This document shows positions 1 to 11,461 of a DNA stretch of 64,000 bases, piece by piece (the first letter of the stretch is position 1; each line of letters starts with the position of its first letter). The notes below the pieces were generated by a model. That model was not told where the DNA came from, did not search any database, and worked only from the letters and a program-made list of their open reading frames with translations. Both the position numbers and the translations under genes were made by a program. Source of the DNA: Podarcis muralis (taxonomy: Eukaryota); contig NC_135659.1 of assembly GCF_964188315.1 (NCBI RefSeq), forward strand, positions 56,854,001 through 56,918,000. The letters are read 5' to 3'.

Positions 1-323
1 GTAATGCAACAAGGGGCATTCTATCCTGCTTTTCTTCCATTGCAGAACTCAAAGCACCATAAATGGTGTTCCCAGCTGTCACTCATCCAGACATTGAGCA
101 GACTCAAACATGCTGAGCTTCAGCAGGTGGTTCCATTGTGTATGCAGGCATATATGTATTTGAAAATGTATATACTGCCCATTGCCAAAGGGCTACAGGA
201 TGGTATACTGCATAAAAACAACATAAGATCCATACAGCACAAGAATGTAAAAAATATATATTTCAGCACTTCTAATAATCAAATCGGCATTGTCAGACTA
301 GTCATAAAGAAATACAATTTTAA

Positions 324-533
324 AAAAATCCTTCCAGTAGCACCTTAGAGACCAACTAAGTTTGTTATCGGTATGAGCTTTCGTGTGCATGCACACTTCT
401 TCAGATACACTGCATGCACACGAAAGCTTATACCAATAACAAACTTAGTTGGTCTCTAAGGTGCTACTGGAAGGATTTTTTATTATTATTTTGTTTCGAC
501 TACGGCAGACCAACACGGCTACCTACCTGTAAC
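324..533. mobile_element. Penelope-like element remnant (inverted pseudo-LTR palindrome)
   Basis: Inverted arms of ~70 bp (324-393 and 411-481, 2 mismatches) containing ggtctctaaggtgctact and cacgaaagc, followed by tttcgactacggcagaccaacacggctacc. I recognise these as reptile Penelope termini. Confidence 0.8.
371..408 (-). ncRNA. Minimal type I hammerhead ribozyme motif within the Penelope remnant
   Basis: Minus strand reads GTAT-CTGAAGA-A-GTGTG(CATG)CACAC-GAAA-GCTC-ATAC. This gives core boxes CUGANGA and GAAA, stem I GTAT/ATAC, stem II GTGTG/CACAC and a palindromic AGCU stem III. Confidence 0.7.
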
Positions 534-639
534 TATAAATAAATACAATCACAGTCTCCATCATCTGAACCTGCAGGAAGAGGTGTGCCATCACCTGTTT
601 CCTAAAAGAAAACACTGATGTGGCTAGACACACTTCCAT

Positions 640-1070
640 GGGGCCCTTCATTTTGCATGAGGACCACCAACTGGCCTCACTGACCTTTCTCTTGGTCTCA
701 CCACTTTCACAGGTACTGAGAGAAGGCCTTCTCATTGGCTGCTCCCAGATAGTGGAATTCCTTTCCATGGGAAGCTAGACTGCTCTCCTCCCTGCTATTG
801 ATTCACCAGCAGGCAACTATTTCTTTGTTTAGGACTTTGACCACTAACTGGCTGTTGCAGCAGAGTCTTCTAATCACAGGTGCTGCATATTGTCTTCTCC
901 TCTTCTTGTGTCTTCAAATGGTTTCTAAGCTATTTGGATTCAGTGTTGCTTTTAATATGGTGGGTGGGTGTGTACATGTACTGATTTTAAGCTGAATCTG
1001 TTTTTAATGCCTACCACCTTGGGCCCTGCAGGGGGAGGAAGATGGGATGTAAACAATAAATAAATAAACA
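640..1070 (+). mobile_element. Old L2-like LINE 3' fragment
   Basis: gccttctcattggctgctcccagatagtggaattcctttcc translates as degraded AFSxAAPxxWNSxP, followed by a T-rich 3' UTR and an (AAAT)n tail. Confidence 0.6.
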
Positions 1071-1436
1071 AATTAATGTGGACATTTGCACTCTCAAAGC
1101 CTCACACATAGGCTTTCATGCAGCCAGGACACCATGCAATCAGGAGTTCTGATTGCATGAAAGCTGATCATGAATATTCTTTGACTGTGTGGATGTCCAG
1201 GTGACATGTGCACCTGTCCAGGTCCATGGTGCACCTGATTCCAGAGATGGAACCAGCCAGGCAACACCATTCCTTGGGAAATGTATGGAGCACCCTTCAG
1301 ATGATTAGCACATGAAGGAGCTTCTAACAGGAGAAAACAACAACTGCACAGTTCACGCACAACAATGGCAAATGTCTTTCTGCACCAACCCTGAGAAGCA
1401 ACCATCTGACATTGTTGAGCAAACTGCTAAACATAC

Positions 1437-1591
1437 CTCTAACAGATGCCCTCTTGGGCAAGATGGTGACGGTTCCTTCAGCCACCTCTTCTAGATCTCT
1501 CACGGGGGCAATTTTGGAACCCCAGCTGTCAGAGCCAATCCAGATGAAGTGTCCAGTCTGATTGGCCCTCTTTGCTGCCATCAACACATTC
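1437..1591 (-). CDS. GRM4: GRM4 internal coding exon (155 nt): (K)[51 protein letters not shown](G)
   Basis: Group III mGluR motifs [11 protein letters not shown] and VTILPKR, plus the GRM4-type ANQTGHF and EEVAEG. Acceptor tttgctcttctctcttcag, donor gtatgt. Phase-compatible with exon 9629-9764 (AA+G = Lys). Confidence 0.96.
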
Positions 1592-1999
1592 CTGAAGAGA
1601 GAAGAGCAAAGCACCAGTTCATAGAATCACCTTTGCCTTTGTGTTTAGGTTAATGCACGCCTCACAATGAAAGGGCGGGAGTGCAGTGACCACACTAAAT
1701 ACACTGCATTCACTGGCTTTATGTGCCCAATCACACCCAAAGGTTGTGCATCCAACTGCCGATTACTACTGCATAACATATATTTGTTACATTCACTCAT
1801 CCTTAGAGCTTCAGTTAAATGTGGATCCAAACACAGATTCTGTATTATTAAGTTTTAACTGGCCATCTCATTTCTTGTCTCTCTTCAAAACAAACCTAGA
1901 ATAATCTATTCAGCCCATTCCTCATAAACTAGAAGTGCAGTAGTTCCCACCTGACAGACCTAAATTACATAACTTTAGGTGCCAGGTGAAAACACTCCT

Positions 2000-2168
2000 T
2001 TTATCCCAGGCATTTGGCTAGTTAAACAATGTATGGCCTTTTAAAATGGGGGGGGGGTATTGACTTGTTTATCATGTTATGTCTTTTGTGTTTTTATACT
2101 GTAAACTGCCCTGTGATCCTTAAATAAAAGGCAGTATATAATATTAATAAATAATAAATAAAATAAAA
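2000..2168 (+). mobile_element. L2-like LINE 3' end
   Basis: tgtaaactgccctgtgatcc...ggcagtatata followed by an aataaataa tail. Confidence 0.55.
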
Positions 2169-3368
2169 TTAGCTGGGTTGCTGAAAAAAAACACTTGTGG
2201 GAAACCAGGAGTGGGATTTAGGAGCTTGGTTCTGGTACAAATTCCTGGGCTGATCATGTATTCAGAGGCACCTTATTCCTTAACTCTGGGGGGGGAAAGG
2301 GAGGATAAGGAATTTAGCATGACCCACAGAAGTGCAAGAGAAGGGATGGAGAGAGATGGAGACCCTGCCTTAAGATCAGTCAGAGGGAGCTTAGTCCCTC
2401 AGGAATACAACAAATAAAGCAACAAATGTTACTTCTGTAATCAAGGCTGATTGATGTTCTACAATGTTTAATTTGATCAGTTACCGGTTCTTAGATTTCT
2501 TTCTTTCTTTATTGAAGTGCATGTATGATTTCATAAGATTACTTCAACAGCACTGAATGTGACAGCTTATAATGCTATTGTTTTCAAATTAAATAAGCAG
2601 ATGTAAAAATGAACCTGAGAAATAAATGAGCAGTATTCTGAGAGCCTTGAGCTGCATTACTCACCTACCCACACTTCTGAGTCCCTGGCCTTAGGTTAAA
2701 AAGAAGAAGAAAAGCAGAAGGCTATGAATGAAGAGGATGGGACTGAAATTGGTGGTGACTGTATAGCACCTGAGCTAGTAAAGGAGCAAAACAAAGAAAA
2801 GGGTGTTCGGCGGATCAATGGAGACTTTGTCAATAGCAAGGTTGATTAAAAAACAATTAAGGGAGTAGTGACAGCAAGACTTGAATGACAGACATGCCAG
2901 AGCCCTAAGGGAAAGTGAAGTATTTTTGGAATGCAGGGGGAGGGGAAATAAATTGAATCAGACAAGGGGAAAGAGCAAATGTGGTAGTGATCTGGATAAA
3001 AGAAAGAGAGAGATTCATGGCAGTTATTGTGCACTGAGCCTAGCTCCAATTGAGCTCCAGCTCTTCTTACTACACCATCAATTATTTCTATTACAGCAGC
3101 ACCTCAAAAAACCATTGTATTGTGTTGTGACACTTAATAAAAGCTATTCATTGGCCTGATGAACCTACAGTGTGTGGGTGGGAGAGAGAATAGAGGCAAG
3201 GAAGTGGACTGGAATCGCTCAAGGTCACCTAGTAGGTCAGTGTTGCAGTCGAAAACTGAAATGGTCAAGTGTAAGGCAGGCCTTCTAACACCAAGTCACA
3301 AAACTGTTGGGCAGATTAGATGGAAAAACATTTGAAAGGTCATAAGAAAAGTCTCCAAGTCTAGATCA

Positions 3369-3676
3369 ATGGCCCACCTAGTCCAGAATCCTGTTCTCAC
3401 AGTGACCTGTGTGGGGCAAGCAGGACCTGCACATTTCTGAGGTTTCCAGCAACTGGAATTAAGAAGCATTACTCATCCAGCCATGAAGGTGCAGGTTATC
3501 ATGGCAAGTAACCATTATCTTATCCTTCATGAATTTGTCAAATCCTCTTTTAAAGTCATCCACATTGGTGGCCATCGCTGCCTCCAGTGGATGTGAGCTT
3601 CATAGCTTAACTACATGCTTGTTGGAGAAGTACTTTCTTTTATCTGACCTAAAACTTCCAATATTCAGCTTAGTGT
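3369..3676 (-). mobile_element. Old CR1 LINE 3' fragment
   Basis: ggcccacctagtccagaatcctgttctcacagtg and aatcctcttttaaagtcatccacattggtggccatc are reverse-complement CR1 3' motifs. Confidence 0.65.
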
Positions 3677-4200
3677 TCATAGAATAATAGACTCTATAAG
3701 AGTTGGAAGGGACCCCCGAGGGGCATCTAGTCCAACCCCCTGCAATGCAGGAATCTTAGCTAAAGCATCCATGACAGGTGGCCTTCCAACCTCTGCTTAA
3801 AAACCTCCAAGGAAGAAGAGACCACCACCTCTCGTGGGAGTCTGTTCCACTGCCGAACAGCTCCTACTGTCATAAAGTTTTTTCGAATGTTTAGTCGGAA
3901 TCTCCTTTCTTGCAACTTGAAGCCATTGGTTTGAGTCCTGCCCTCCAGAGCAGGAGAAAACAAGCATGCTCCCTCCTCCACGTGACAGCCCTTAAGATAT
4001 TTGAAGATGGCTATCATATCTTCTCTCAGTCTTTTCTTTCCCAGGCTAAACATACCCAGCTCCTTCAAGCGCTCCTCATAAGGCTTAGTTTCCAGACCCT
4101 TGATCATCTTGGTTGCCCTCCTCTGCACACGTTCCAGCTTGTCAACATCCTTCTTAAATTGTGGTGCCCAGAACTGGACACAATATTCCAAGTGCGGTCT
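3677..4200 (-). mobile_element. CR1 LINE 3' fragment (ORF2 C-terminus plus tail)
   Basis: ORF 3760-4245 contains [32 protein letters not shown]...[12 protein letters not shown], with a degenerate (ATTCTATG)-type tail. Confidence 0.93.
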
Positions 4201-4499
4201 AAAGCAGAGATGAAGAAAAATCTTTATCCACTTTCTCCATGCCATGCATAATTCTGGAAACTTCCATCATGTTACCTATTACCTGCCTTTTCTCTGTAGG
4301 TAAGTTACATGTATATTTTGAATGTATTTTTCTCTGAAGAGGCACATTCCTAGATGTATTTTATTGCAAAATATGAGTTTCAAAATGCAGTTGGTGCATT
4401 TTTTTCTCTGACTGTGTTGCAAAATTCCATTTCAGGGAACTGTTGGTCAGGTCAGATTCTCACTAAAATTGAAGAGGATCAAATTTGAGGAGAGTGCTG

Positions 4500-4617
4500 A
4501 GAATGCTCTCATGTTGCGCTTGTGGGTTTCTCTTAGGCATCTGCCTGACCACTGCGAGAACAGGAAGCTGGACTAGATGGGCCAGGGGGTCTGATCCAGC
4601 AGGGCTCTTCTTAAATT
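4500..4617 (+). mobile_element. CR1 3' terminal fragment
   Basis: gaccactgcgagaacaggaagctggactagatgggcc...ctgatccagcagggctcttctta. Confidence 0.6.
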
Positions 4618-4922
4618 TGTCAAGCATCCCTAAACCCAGCACATAACAGCTGCCAAGATGAGACAGTGATTTTGCCAGCATTAAAGTAGAGTTCAATGGG
4701 TTGCTCAGATGAAAGTCTCACAGAGTTGAGCAGCCTGGATATGTTCCACCAGTCATTCCCCAAACCCTCGCTCCCTCTCTCAGCTTGTATAAATCAGCAC
4801 ATCTCCACTAAAGACAATGGATCAGAGCTGCAGACAAAAGAAAACACTATTTTTCAGTGCTTTACACCTCTGGGTTTTTTTATTGAACTGAATTTTTATC
4901 CCACCATTCCTCCAAGGAGCTT

Positions 4923-4923
<1 letters not shown>

Positions 4924-4965
<42 letters not shown>
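4924..4965. repeat. (GT)n microsatellite
   Basis: Read directly from the sequence. Confidence 0.98.
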
Positions 4966-4968
<3 letters not shown>

Positions 4969-5273
4969 TGTACATGTTCCTCTTTTTTATCTTCACAGCA
5001 CCGTGCAAAGTAGGTTGGGCTGAGAAAGAGATTGACTCAGGACCACACACTGAGCTTCTCAGCTATGGGAAAATTTGAATATGAGGGAAACAGCAGTGAC
5101 AGAAATACTTGAGATGCTTTACATCACACAAGAACAAAGCTGTACTAACAAAAGAGTTGCGTCTACAGGCCAGGTGATCTGAGAAGGGTGAACCATTTTC
5201 AAGGTTCTGGAGAGGGGTCACCTTCAGTCAGTCAATATTTTGTGGGAGAGATTCAAGTGCATACTGGAAATTG

Positions 5274-5803
5274 GTTGTTGTTGTTGTTTAGTCGTTTAGT
5301 CGTGTCCGACTCTTCGTGACCCCATGGACCAGAGCACGCCAGGCACTTCTGTCTTCCACCGCCGACCGCAGTCTGGTCAGGCTCATGTTGGTAGCTTCGA
5401 GAACACTGTCCAACCATCTCGTCCTCTGTCGTCCCCTTCTCCTTGTGCCCTCCATCTTTCCCAACATCAGGGTCTTTTCCAGGGAGTCTTCTCTTCTCAT
5501 GAGGTGGCCAAAGTATTGGAGCCTCAACTTCACGATCTGTCCTTCCAGTGAGCACTCAGGTCTGATTTCCTTAAGAATGGATGCGTTTGATCTTCTTGCA
5601 GTCCATGGGACTCTCAAGAGTCTCCTCCAGCACCATAATTCAAAAGCATCAATTCTTCGGCGATCAGCCTTCTTTATGGTCCAGCTCTCACTTCCATACA
5701 TCACTACTGGGAAAACCATGGCTTTAACTATACGGACCTTTGTTGGTAAGGTGATGTCTCTACTTTTTAAGATGTTGTCTAGATTTGCCATCCCCTTTCT
5801 CCC
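5274..5803 (-). mobile_element. BovB (RTE clade) LINE, 5'-truncated
   Basis: Open ORF2 C-terminus (LKSRDITLPTKVRIVKAMVFPVVMYGSESWTIKKADRRRIDAFELWCWRRLLRVPW...VTKSRTRLND) and a (CAA)n tail. Confidence 0.95.
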
Positions 5804-6235
5804 AAAATTTAGGTTTCCACAATTAAAGTGAACTAAAGTGCTCTGTTGCTCTACTGCAATGAAACCACATTCTATATTTGCAGATAGGAAAGTGATGGGG
5901 AAAGGCACTCAGAAGTGTGAGGTGAACAAATGATTAACGGGAAGACATATAAACTGTGCCAGAGAATCAGAACAATCACTCCATTTTAAAAAAAAGTCTA
6001 ACCTCCATGTGTAAGCTTTGTGCTAGCAGATCAGGCTGAATGTTCAATAAACAAATCATCTGGAGGAGCCTGGGATCTCTCACACATGAAGAGCGTTAAC
6101 TCACTTTGTTTTGTGGCATAATATTGCCTTCTTTGGGCTGTGTGTGCTCTGCATGCATATTTTAATCTCCTTCACCTTTTTCTGGCAACAGGTGTGATGT
6201 GAGCCCAGAGAAGAGGAATCAAGAAAGGCAAGAAG

Positions 6236-6387
6236 ATAGAATCATAGAATTGCATAGTTGGAAGAGACCCTGAGGATCATCTAATCCAATGTCCTGTGAT
6301 GCAGGAATACACAGCTGTCCCATATGGGGATGGAACCTGCAACCTGGGTATTATCACCACCAGGCTCTAACCAGCTGAGCTACCCAG
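6236..6387 (-). mobile_element. tRNA-headed SINE with CR1-type tail
   Basis: Minus strand has A box TAGCTCAGCTGG, a B-box-like GGTTCCATCC and 3' ttccaactatgcaattctatgattcta. Confidence 0.7.
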
Positions 6388-6557
6388 AAGATCATGAAGA
6401 CTCCAAATTTTCTCCCTAGCCCATATTTCACCCACAAATTACTTCATTGCTTTTAGCACTACAGCTTCAAAAAGTGAGGACTCCTGTCTGAATCTGAAGG
6501 GATGAACCCACAAAAACAATGCCGGCCTCCACTATGCTGGGCCAGGAGCACTGGGGC

Positions 6558-6810
6558 GAGAGCCAGTGTGGTGTAGTGGTTAAGAGCGGTAGTCTCGTAA
6601 TCTGGTGAACCGGGTTCGCGTCTCTGCTCCTCCACATGCAGCTGCTGGGTGACCTTAGGCTAGTCACACTTCTCTGAAGTCTCTCAGCCTCACTCACCTC
6701 GCAGAGTGTTTGTTGTGGGGGAGGAAGGGAAAGGAGAATGTTAGCCGCTTTGAGACTCCTTCGGGTAGTGATAAAGCAGGATATCAAATCCAAACTCTTC
6801 TTCTTTCTTT
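6558..6810 (+). mobile_element. tRNA-derived squamate SINE (Squam3-like)
   Basis: Begins gagagccagtgtggtgtagtggttaagag (A box), has a B-box-like ggttcgcgtc and a (CTT)n tail. A second copy is at 20708. Confidence 0.85.
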
Positions 6811-7022
6811 AATTTAGAGGAAATTAGCAATGTGGACCACCACCTCTTGGTGGCCCTATCGGACAGCTGTTTCACCTTTGTTTGCAGCTGCATTATTTAG
6901 CCCTATGAGAATGAAGGAAGCCTTGAAAAGCAAGCATGAAAATCAATATGAGATGGAAAGTTTATGCAGGCTGAAGAATCGTGAAAGCTCTGATGATCTG
7001 CACCTGGTGGTATCCAGAAAAC

Positions 7023-7035
7023 ACACACTTGCAAA

Positions 7036-7098
<63 letters not shown>

Positions 7099-7110
7099 AG
7101 AGAGAGAGAG
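7023..7110. repeat. Compound (CA)n(GA)n microsatellite
   Basis: Read directly from the sequence. Confidence 0.97.
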
Positions 7111-8230
7111 CTTTCATGACTCAAGAAACCATCATATGGCTAAGTCCCAAGAGAGGCATCTGGCTCAGCAGTAAACCTCAGCCTATCACTGCATGAAAAA
7201 TACAGAATTTCCAGATGTGTATAAGCTACTGCCAACAGGGTGCAATTCTCCAGCTTACAGACTGTTTTCAGATAGGTAAATGTTTACAAATCCCTGTTTA
7301 ATGGTGCTTGCCATTTACACTGCGAGGCAAATCTCTGATTTTGCTGGGAGTAAACGAGTGTAACTGTCTGGGTTTCAGACATATCTATTAGCCAGCTTCC
7401 CAGGAACTTAGATTGTTTGCATATTTGATGTAAACTGATTGAAAATGTCAGTTTACTCACATTTGCATAATGTTTGCTGATTAATAAATTAGACACTTGC
7501 AAAATCAGGTGTAACTCAGTGCAAATTGCTAGGCTCAAAAATATCAAATCAAAACAGAAGTATTGTGTACTCTTAGGTTTTTCTTGCGCTTCATTAACAG
7601 TTCCACTTATTCTGTTGGAATGGACCATATTCTGACTTCCAGCGACTAATCAGAACACATCAACTTTACTTTTGTACGACTGCAGGAAGTTTCCATGGAA
7701 TCAGGCATTATAATCTCTTACAAAAATAAGAATTTTGGTGGTAATTATAAAATGGAGGAGTTTCAATATTATATTTTTTTGAACTGTGATTTTTTAAAGT
7801 AAAAATAACCAGAACTTTTAACATTTTCACAGATGCAATCAGGCTATATTTGACAAAGTTTTTTGCTATTATTAAATGTTGTAATGTGTATTAAACAGAA
7901 AGAACAATTATAACGGATAAAAATTAAAAGATAAAAACAAACTATAAAATAGGCATGTTGAATGAGTAGCTGCAAAATCAGGCTATTTAAACTTAAAATA
8001 ACAGCAGTTTTACATCTGAGAGGGAATGATTTATAACAGCTGTATCAAAAGACAAGAGTAAGAAGACTTGGGTTTTATTTTATCAGAAACTTGAATTCTA
8101 ATGGGAAGCCCATTATCAAGTTCCAAGCCATTTTGAAATATCTTACAGTATCATAAATGATACAAGAGCTGGATCTTGCATGGAATCCATGTTTTCCTTC
8201 TTCAAATTTGATCTCATTAGTCCACCCATG

Positions 8231-8396
8231 CAGTGGCATGGGGGGTGCAGGGGGGCCGGTCGCACCGGGCGCAACATCTGGGGGGGCGCTAATCTAACTA
8301 ATCTAGTGGAAGAGACTCGAGTGCTAAAATCCACGTGTTAGGGGGCACAAATTACTTGCCTTGCCCCAGGTGCTGACAACCCACGCTACGCCACTG
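8231..8396. mobile_element. Non-autonomous hAT-type MITE
   Basis: Termini CAGTGGC...GCCACTG with a perfect 8-bp TSD cacccatg (8223-8230, 8397-8404). Confidence 0.9.
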
Positions 8397-8559
8397 CACC
8401 CATGCATGCAATTGCATTTGCAGTTGAAGATCAAATACACTTGTTCCTGTCCATACCTGTAGGTGTTCCTTTTCTCTTTGTCCCTGCCTCCCAAATTATT
8501 GATTTGAATGCATTAAGTTTCCACAAACGGGGCGTGCATGCAGGAATCTATAATTTTGT

Positions 8560-8825
8560 TTTAATTAAAATTATTTTAAAAGCAAATTCACCTAAAATAA
8601 TGCAAATTTCAAATATTATTTTAGCTAAGAAATGGGTTTTCTTTGAGCGCATCACACTAGTATATGCATGTCTGTACTTGGCTGGAAAAGAGCATTGCAA
8701 AATTCAGAGAAGTGCAAATTTCAAAGGATGGCTATATTTCAGTTTGCATATTATATCAGATATTGTGAATTGGATAGACTCTCCTTTGAATGTGATCTTA
8801 ATCAAATTTTTGCTCTTTCCCTACT
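8560..8825 (-). mobile_element. Degenerate AT-rich MITE (TAGGGATG-type family)
   Basis: Reverse complement shares gaaatttgatt...cacatt..aaagg..aatcta and gccatcctttgaaatttgcac motifs with the copies at ~25737, 31730, 39551 and 43064. Confidence 0.55.
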
Positions 8826-9628
8826 ACCAAGTGTCTGAGATGGGTGCACTTACTAATTTTTGTTTGTAAGGGAAGCTATTCCTTTTACATTAAAAAAAAT
8901 CTGCACTAATTTATTTAAAAGTACAAAGGCTGTACTTTAAAAAACCAGCAGCAATGTACAACTGTTAGCTATGCTGCCACCCTGTCTTTTTGTACTTACA
9001 AGAAAGCAAAGCTCAGAATAGCATAGGTGTAGGTACCTGGGAAGGCTGCAGAATGTAGACCGCTGGAGAGCAGATTTGTAAAATGAAAGGACAGTCACTG
9101 AACCTTCAACAACCCCAGAAGAAAGGTAAATGCAACAAAAGCCCTGTACCCCACCCACGAGGATTTCACGAAAAGTTTCTCTTCCCTTTGATCATTTTCA
9201 ATGTGATTTCTTTTCTTTTTAGTTGATGGAGAATGGTTGGGGCGAAAAAACTAAAACTGTCCAACACAGCAATAGCTTATTTCACCTCTATCTATCTGTA
9301 TTATACTAAGCTACTGGACAGGTAGGCATATTGAGGACCTGGAGAGGATGCAGAAGTGGGATGCAAATTTGGAGGGCACAGTGACCCAGATACAGTGTCC
9401 ACTTTGTTCATTAACAACAAGGACACTCATTCTTTATTAAAGTGTTGCGTACTCATTCTTTGTGAAGAACACTCATGTTCTGTGACACATCAGGAGAGAG
9501 TAACAAAGGAACATGTATTTGGAGCATTTTGCCTTCTTCTCTTGTCCTTCCCCTTCTCTCCCCACCCACACGCTCTCTTTCTCTCTCCTTCCCACACAGA
9601 CCCTCAAACCAGACCATGACCTTCTTAC

Positions 9629-9764
9629 TTGATATCATCTTCATTAGCAAAAATGATGACGGCTCGGGCATGGGATGTTTCCAAGAGGCGCCGAATGATC
9701 TTATCAAACTCTCCTGCCTTGGGCTCCCGGGGGATCTTGACTGATTGTGCCACACACACACTCC
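9629..9764 (-). CDS. GRM4: GRM4 internal coding exon (136 nt), Venus-flytrap domain: (G)[44 protein letters not shown](K)
   Basis: Minus-strand translation closely matches the mammalian GRM4 peptide as I recall it ([46 protein letters not shown]) and fits GRM7/GRM8 less well. Flanked by acceptor ttttccccaactacag and donor gtaag. Phase 1 in, phase 2 out. Confidence 0.96.
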
Positions 9765-11414
9765 CTGTAGTTGGGGAAAAAATTGGCATCATTAGAGAAG
9801 CCTTGAAATGGAAAAATTACCAAGCAATCCAAAGCCTGGGCCTCCTTTGCTACAGCCCAGATGGGTGGTCTAAAGGAAGCCACCCAGGGCACATCCTGCC
9901 ATAGCCCATGCTGATGACCTTTCCATGTCAGTAGATGTAACTCAAATATAGGAGGAGATATGAGTGATGGACCTTGATGAACATGCATGTGTGAGCAAGC
10001 CCCAAGATGATTACATAAGACATGCAGCTAATGCCAAATTTCACCTGCGATTAAATGCCTGGATGCAACCATGAAAACTACATAGAATGACATGAATGGA
10101 AACCTAAAAGGCTGCACATCAGGTTCTTCTCCCATAGTAATGGCCTATAATTGCTCTGGAGTTTCATTCAGACTTGAATTATTTTACACACGCAGGTGCA
10201 TCATCTGATTTTTCTAACCTTGATTACTGCACTACTGACAAAATGCCTGTAGGTAAAGAATGGGCAGGTTAGTTCAAATCAATATGTGTAATTCACTCTC
10301 TTCCTTTTAATGCCCTCTTAGAGTTGCCAGGTCACAACGATGCAGAGACAGTAGAAGCCATAATTGGCAGAATTCAACTTCTCTGGAAATCTAAACATTA
10401 CAGTAGCCTTTATAGTATACCATCACCATCACCCCCTCACATGAATCACATTTAGTGGTATTACCATGGACGCACACCCCAACATCATCCCTGTGGTTGT
10501 GTGGCTCCTTGGCCCCACTGCTGATGCCTACATCTTAAGCATGGATATATGCAGAAGAAAGCTGATGAGTGCAGATCTCCATTTTCATAGGCTTTCTGCA
10601 CAAGCTGGAACCCCAGGCATGCAGGGTTCCAATCCATGCAGAAAGCATATGCACATAAATGACTGTGCACATAGGTTTTCCCTGCAGAGTTCCACAAGTA
10701 CCTAATGCATGCATAAGAACACAATAAGAACTCTGCTGGATCAGTATCCTGTTCTCACAATGGCCAGCCAGATACCTAAAAGCAGGACCTGAGAGCAACA
10801 GCACTTGTGGTTCTTAGCTACTGATATTCCATTGCCTCTGACAGTGGGGATAGAACATTGCCATTGTGGCTTGATGATAACCTTATCTTCCATGAATACC
10901 GTATGTCTAATCCTCTTTAAAAGCCAAAAAAAACCCCAGCAACTATGCATTGTATGAAGAAGTACTTTCTTTTGTCTGTTCTGAGGCTTCCAATCTTCAG
11001 CTTCATCGGATGTCTCCATGCATGTCAAGCATACAGCCAAGGACCCCTTTCTAAACACAATGCCTCTGCATGCAATGAAGGGGGCTTAGCACATTTTGGA
11101 TATAGCAATGCTATGTCCCTTTGGCTCCTTGGGCCCCCACTTTCATTTCCTCGCCTCCTCTGCGCTTTCTGTGCAAACCTCATTCTCCTTGCATTCCTTC
11201 GCATTCCTGATTCTCAGTCCATCGCCTACTAGGCATACCTTCTTCAACCACCATGTCTCCAGGCTGCCCAGCACATATCCAGCCCGCCACCTGTTAGCCT
11301 GCACCATTATTCCCTAGTAGTAACATTTATTTTATCTAAATGAAAGTGGGGACTGTCCTGCCAAGACATACTGCTTACCTTGCTTGTTAACAAGTGCACC
11401 CATGTGCTTAGAAA

Positions 11415-11415
<1 letters not shown>

Positions 11416-11457
<42 letters not shown>
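11416..11457. repeat. (TG)n microsatellite
   Basis: Read directly from the sequence. Confidence 0.98.

Positions 11458-11461
<4 letters not shown>

Noticed and set aside
4-348. 114-aa plus-strand ORF
   Set aside because: No recognisable homology, AT-rich end, and it runs into the Penelope palindrome.
1324-1614. Whole 96-aa ORF as a protein
   Set aside because: Only 1437-1591 is exon. The flanks are intronic read-through past the splice sites.
2700-2849. Protein-looking acidic stretch KEEEKQKAMNEEDG...
   Set aside because: Preceded directly by an in-frame TAA, only ~41 aa from the ATG, and explained by purine-rich composition.
3760-4251. 161-aa and 113-aa ORFs (likewise 62382-62921)
   Set aside because: CR1 ORF2 fragments and their antisense frames.
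4415-4440. LKWN-like match to the missing GRM4 exon
   Set aside because: Flanking codons do not match, and it lies on the wrong side of the 136-nt exon.
5288-5908. 206-aa ORF and overlapping antisense ORFs
   Set aside because: BovB ORF2 fragment. The plus-strand ORFs are its antisense shadow.
6340-6600. tRNA genes (also 20708, 49790 and others)
   Set aside because: The A/B boxes belong to SINE heads that continue into SINE bodies and LINE-type tails, with no complete cloverleaf.
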